64,000 nucleotides of DNA from Octopus sinensis (lineage: Eukaryota), in contig NC_043008.1 in the NCBI RefSeq assembly GCF_006345805.1, positions 74,772,001-74,836,000 of the forward strand, written 5' to 3'. The notes under the pieces are model-generated. The model was not told where the DNA came from, searched no databases, and saw nothing but the letters and a program-made list of their open reading frames with translations. A program made the translations under genes and the position numbers. Of the stretch, positions 61,480 to 64,000 are shown one piece after another (positions within the stretch are counted from its first letter, which is position 1; each line of letters begins with the position of its first letter).

Positions 61480-63619
61480 GTGACACCGCGCATTGGGAAA
61501 AGATGAGGTTTTTAGGCGGCAGAAAGAAGACAGGATTGAGATGAAATGCTTTGTGGTGGTGTGAATAAGTTTTTGTGAGTGAAAGTTTTTATGCTTCAGC
61601 TAGCATTTGAGACGAAAGACAACGATATGGGAATACAATAATAATAAGGCTTGCAAAAACAATGAAAAGAGGAAACAGGTCGGGGAACTTAGCTGATGTT
61701 TTTTTTTTTTTTCTTACTGCGGTATTGGCTAAGCCTGTGGAACCGAGTGAAGGTGAGATATATACCGAGAGAGAGAGAGAGAGAGAGAGACATATTGACA
61801 CCGCGCATTGGGAAAAGATGAGGTTTTTAGGCGGCAGAAAGAAGACAGGATTGAGATGAAATGCTTTGTGGTGGTGTGAATAAGTTTTTGTGAGTGAAAG
61901 TTTTTATGCTTCAGCTAGCATTTGAGACGAAAGACAACGATATGGGAATACAATAATAATAAGGCTTGCAAAAACAATGAAAAGAGGAAACAGGTCGGGG
62001 AACTTAGCTGATGTTTTTTTTTTTTCTTACTGCGGTATTGGCTAAGCCTGTGGAAGCGAGTGAAGGTGAGATATATACCGAGAGAGAGAGACAGAGAGAG
62101 ACATAATGACACCGCGCATTGGGAAAAGATGAGGTTTTTAGGCGGCAGAAAGAAGACAGGATTGAGATGAAATGCTTTGTGGTGTGGTGTGAATAAGTTT
62201 TTGTGAGTGAAAGTTTTTATGCTTCAGCTAGCATTTGAGACGAAAGACAACGATATGGGAATACAATAATAATAAGGCTTGCAAAAACAATGAAAAGAGG
62301 AAACAGGTCGGGGAACTTAGTTGATGTTTTTTTTCTTACTGCGGTATTGGCTAAGCCTGTGGAAGCGAGTGAAGGTGAGATATATACCGAGAGAGAGAGA
62401 GAGAGAGACATAGTGACACCGCGCATTGGGAAAAGATGAGGTTTTTAGGCGGCAGAAAGAAGACAGGATTGAGATGAAATGCTTTGTGGTGGTGTGAATA
62501 AGTTTTTGTGAGTGAAAGTTTTTATGCTTCAGCTAGCATTTGAGACGAAAGACAACGATATGGGAATACAATAATAATAAGGCTTGCAAAAACAATGAAA
62601 AGAGGAAACAGGTCGGGGAACTTAGCTGATGTTTTTTTTTTTTTCTTACTGCGGTATTGGCTAAGCCTGTGGAACCGAGTGAAGGTGAGATATATACCGA
62701 GAGAGAGAGAGAGAGAGAGAGACATATTGACACCGCGCATTGGGAAAAGATGAGGTTTTTAGGCGGCAGAAAGAAGACAGGATTGAGATGAAATGCTTTG
62801 TGGTGGTGTGAATAAGTTTTTGTGAGTGAAAGTTTTTATGCTTCAGCTAGCATTTGAGACGAAAGACAACGATATGGGAATACAATAATAATAAGGCTTG
62901 CAAAAACAATGAAAAGAGGAAACAGGTCGGGGAACTTAGCTGATGTTTTTTTTTTTTCTTACTGCGGTATTGGCTAAGCCTGTGGAAGCGAGTGAAGGTG
63001 AGATATATACCGAGAGAGAGAGACAGAGAGAGACATAATGACACCGCGCATGGGAAAAGATGAGGTTTTTAGGCGGCAGAAAGAAGACAGGATTGAGATG
63101 AAATGCTTTGTGGTGGTGTGAATAAGTTTTTGTGAGTGAAAGTTTTTATGCTTCAGCTAGCATTTGAGACGAAAGACAACGATATGGGAATACAATAATA
63201 ATAAGGCTTGCAAAAACAATGAAAAGAGGAAACAGGTCGGGGAACTTAGTTGATGTTTTTTTTCTTACTGCGGTATTGGCTAAGCCTGTGGAAGCGAGTG
63301 AAGGTGAGATATATACCGAGAGAGAGACAGAGAGAGACATAATGACACCGCGCATTGGGAAAAGATGAGGTTTTTAGGCGGCAGAAAGAAGACAGGATTG
63401 AGATGAAATGCTTTGTGGTGGTGTGAATAAGTTTTTGTGAGTGAAAGTTTTTATGCTTCAGCTAGCATTTGAGACGAAAGACAACGATATGGGAATACAA
63501 TAATAATAAGGCTTCCAAAAACAATGAAAAGAGGAAACAGGTCGGGGAACTTAGTTGATGTTTTTTTTCTTACTGCGGTATTGGCTAAGCCTGTGGAAGC
63601 GAGTGAAGGTGAGATATAT

Positions 63620-63656
<37 letters not shown>

Positions 63657-64000
63657 GTGACACCGCGCATTGGGAAAAGATGAGGTTTTTAGGCGGCAGA
63701 AAGAAGACAGGATTGAGATGAAATGCTTTGTGGTGGTGTGAATAAGTTTTTGTGAGTGAAAGTTTTTATGCTTCAGCTAGCATTTGAGACGAAAGACAAC
63801 GATATGGGAATACAATAATAATAAGGCTTGCAAAAACAATGAAAAGAGGAAACAGGTCGGGGAACTTAGCTGATGTTTTTTTTTTTTTTCTTACTGCGGT
63901 ATTGGCTAAGCCTGTGGAAGCGAGTGAAGGTGAGATATATACCGAGAGAGAGAGAGAGAGAGAGACATAGTGACACCGCGCATTGGGAAAAGATGAGGTT
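59941..64000. repeat. Tandem satellite, 304-315-bp unit, 13 complete units plus a partial 14th, running off the window
   Basis: Units start at 59941, 60251, 60556, 60866, 61171, 61484, 61799, 62110, 62417, 62731, 63042, 63346, 63661 and 63974. They are nearly identical except for poly-T and (GA)n lengths and a few SNPs. Confidence 0.98.

Noticed and set aside
60057-63721. Repeated 65-72-aa ORFs in the terminal array
   Set aside because: Their frames change with poly-T and (GA)n length between units, so there is no coding constraint.
59941-64000. Satellite as a hammerhead-bearing satellite or a CRISPR array
   Set aside because: It has CTGATGT (not CTGANGA) and an unlinked GAAA, and no valid stems. 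Units are 310 bp with no unique spacers, and there are no cas genes in this eukaryotic context.

Overview
AT-rich, repeat-saturated eukaryotic DNA, most likely an octopus (coleoid cephalopod) genome. That assignment is inferred from the SINE/RTE families and the extreme microsatellite density. No intact host protein-coding gene can be supported. The window is a mosaic of decayed mobile elements: three tRNA-type SINE families, RTE, CR1/Jockey-type and RLE-type LINEs, three distinct Penelope-like elements (PLEs), mariner and Tigger transposons with derived MITEs, a Ty3/Gypsy RNaseH-integrase fragment, and two elements with Helitron-like 3' ends. From 59941 to the window edge runs a young ~310-bp satellite with higher-order structure. 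The most interesting locus is 17558-18848, a ~1.3-kb diverged palindrome made of two PLE 3' ends pointing outward. Each arm hides a GIY-YIG endonuclease C-terminus in a frame the ORF track misses and ends in a type I hammerhead ribozyme fold. Both arms share an in-frame TGA four codons before YIG, and one arm has a weak SECIS-like stem-loop. Several perfect or near-perfect foldbacks, splice-site-bounded exon candidates and unidentified decayed coding-like segments are also reported. All identity figures are by-eye estimates unless counted explicitly.
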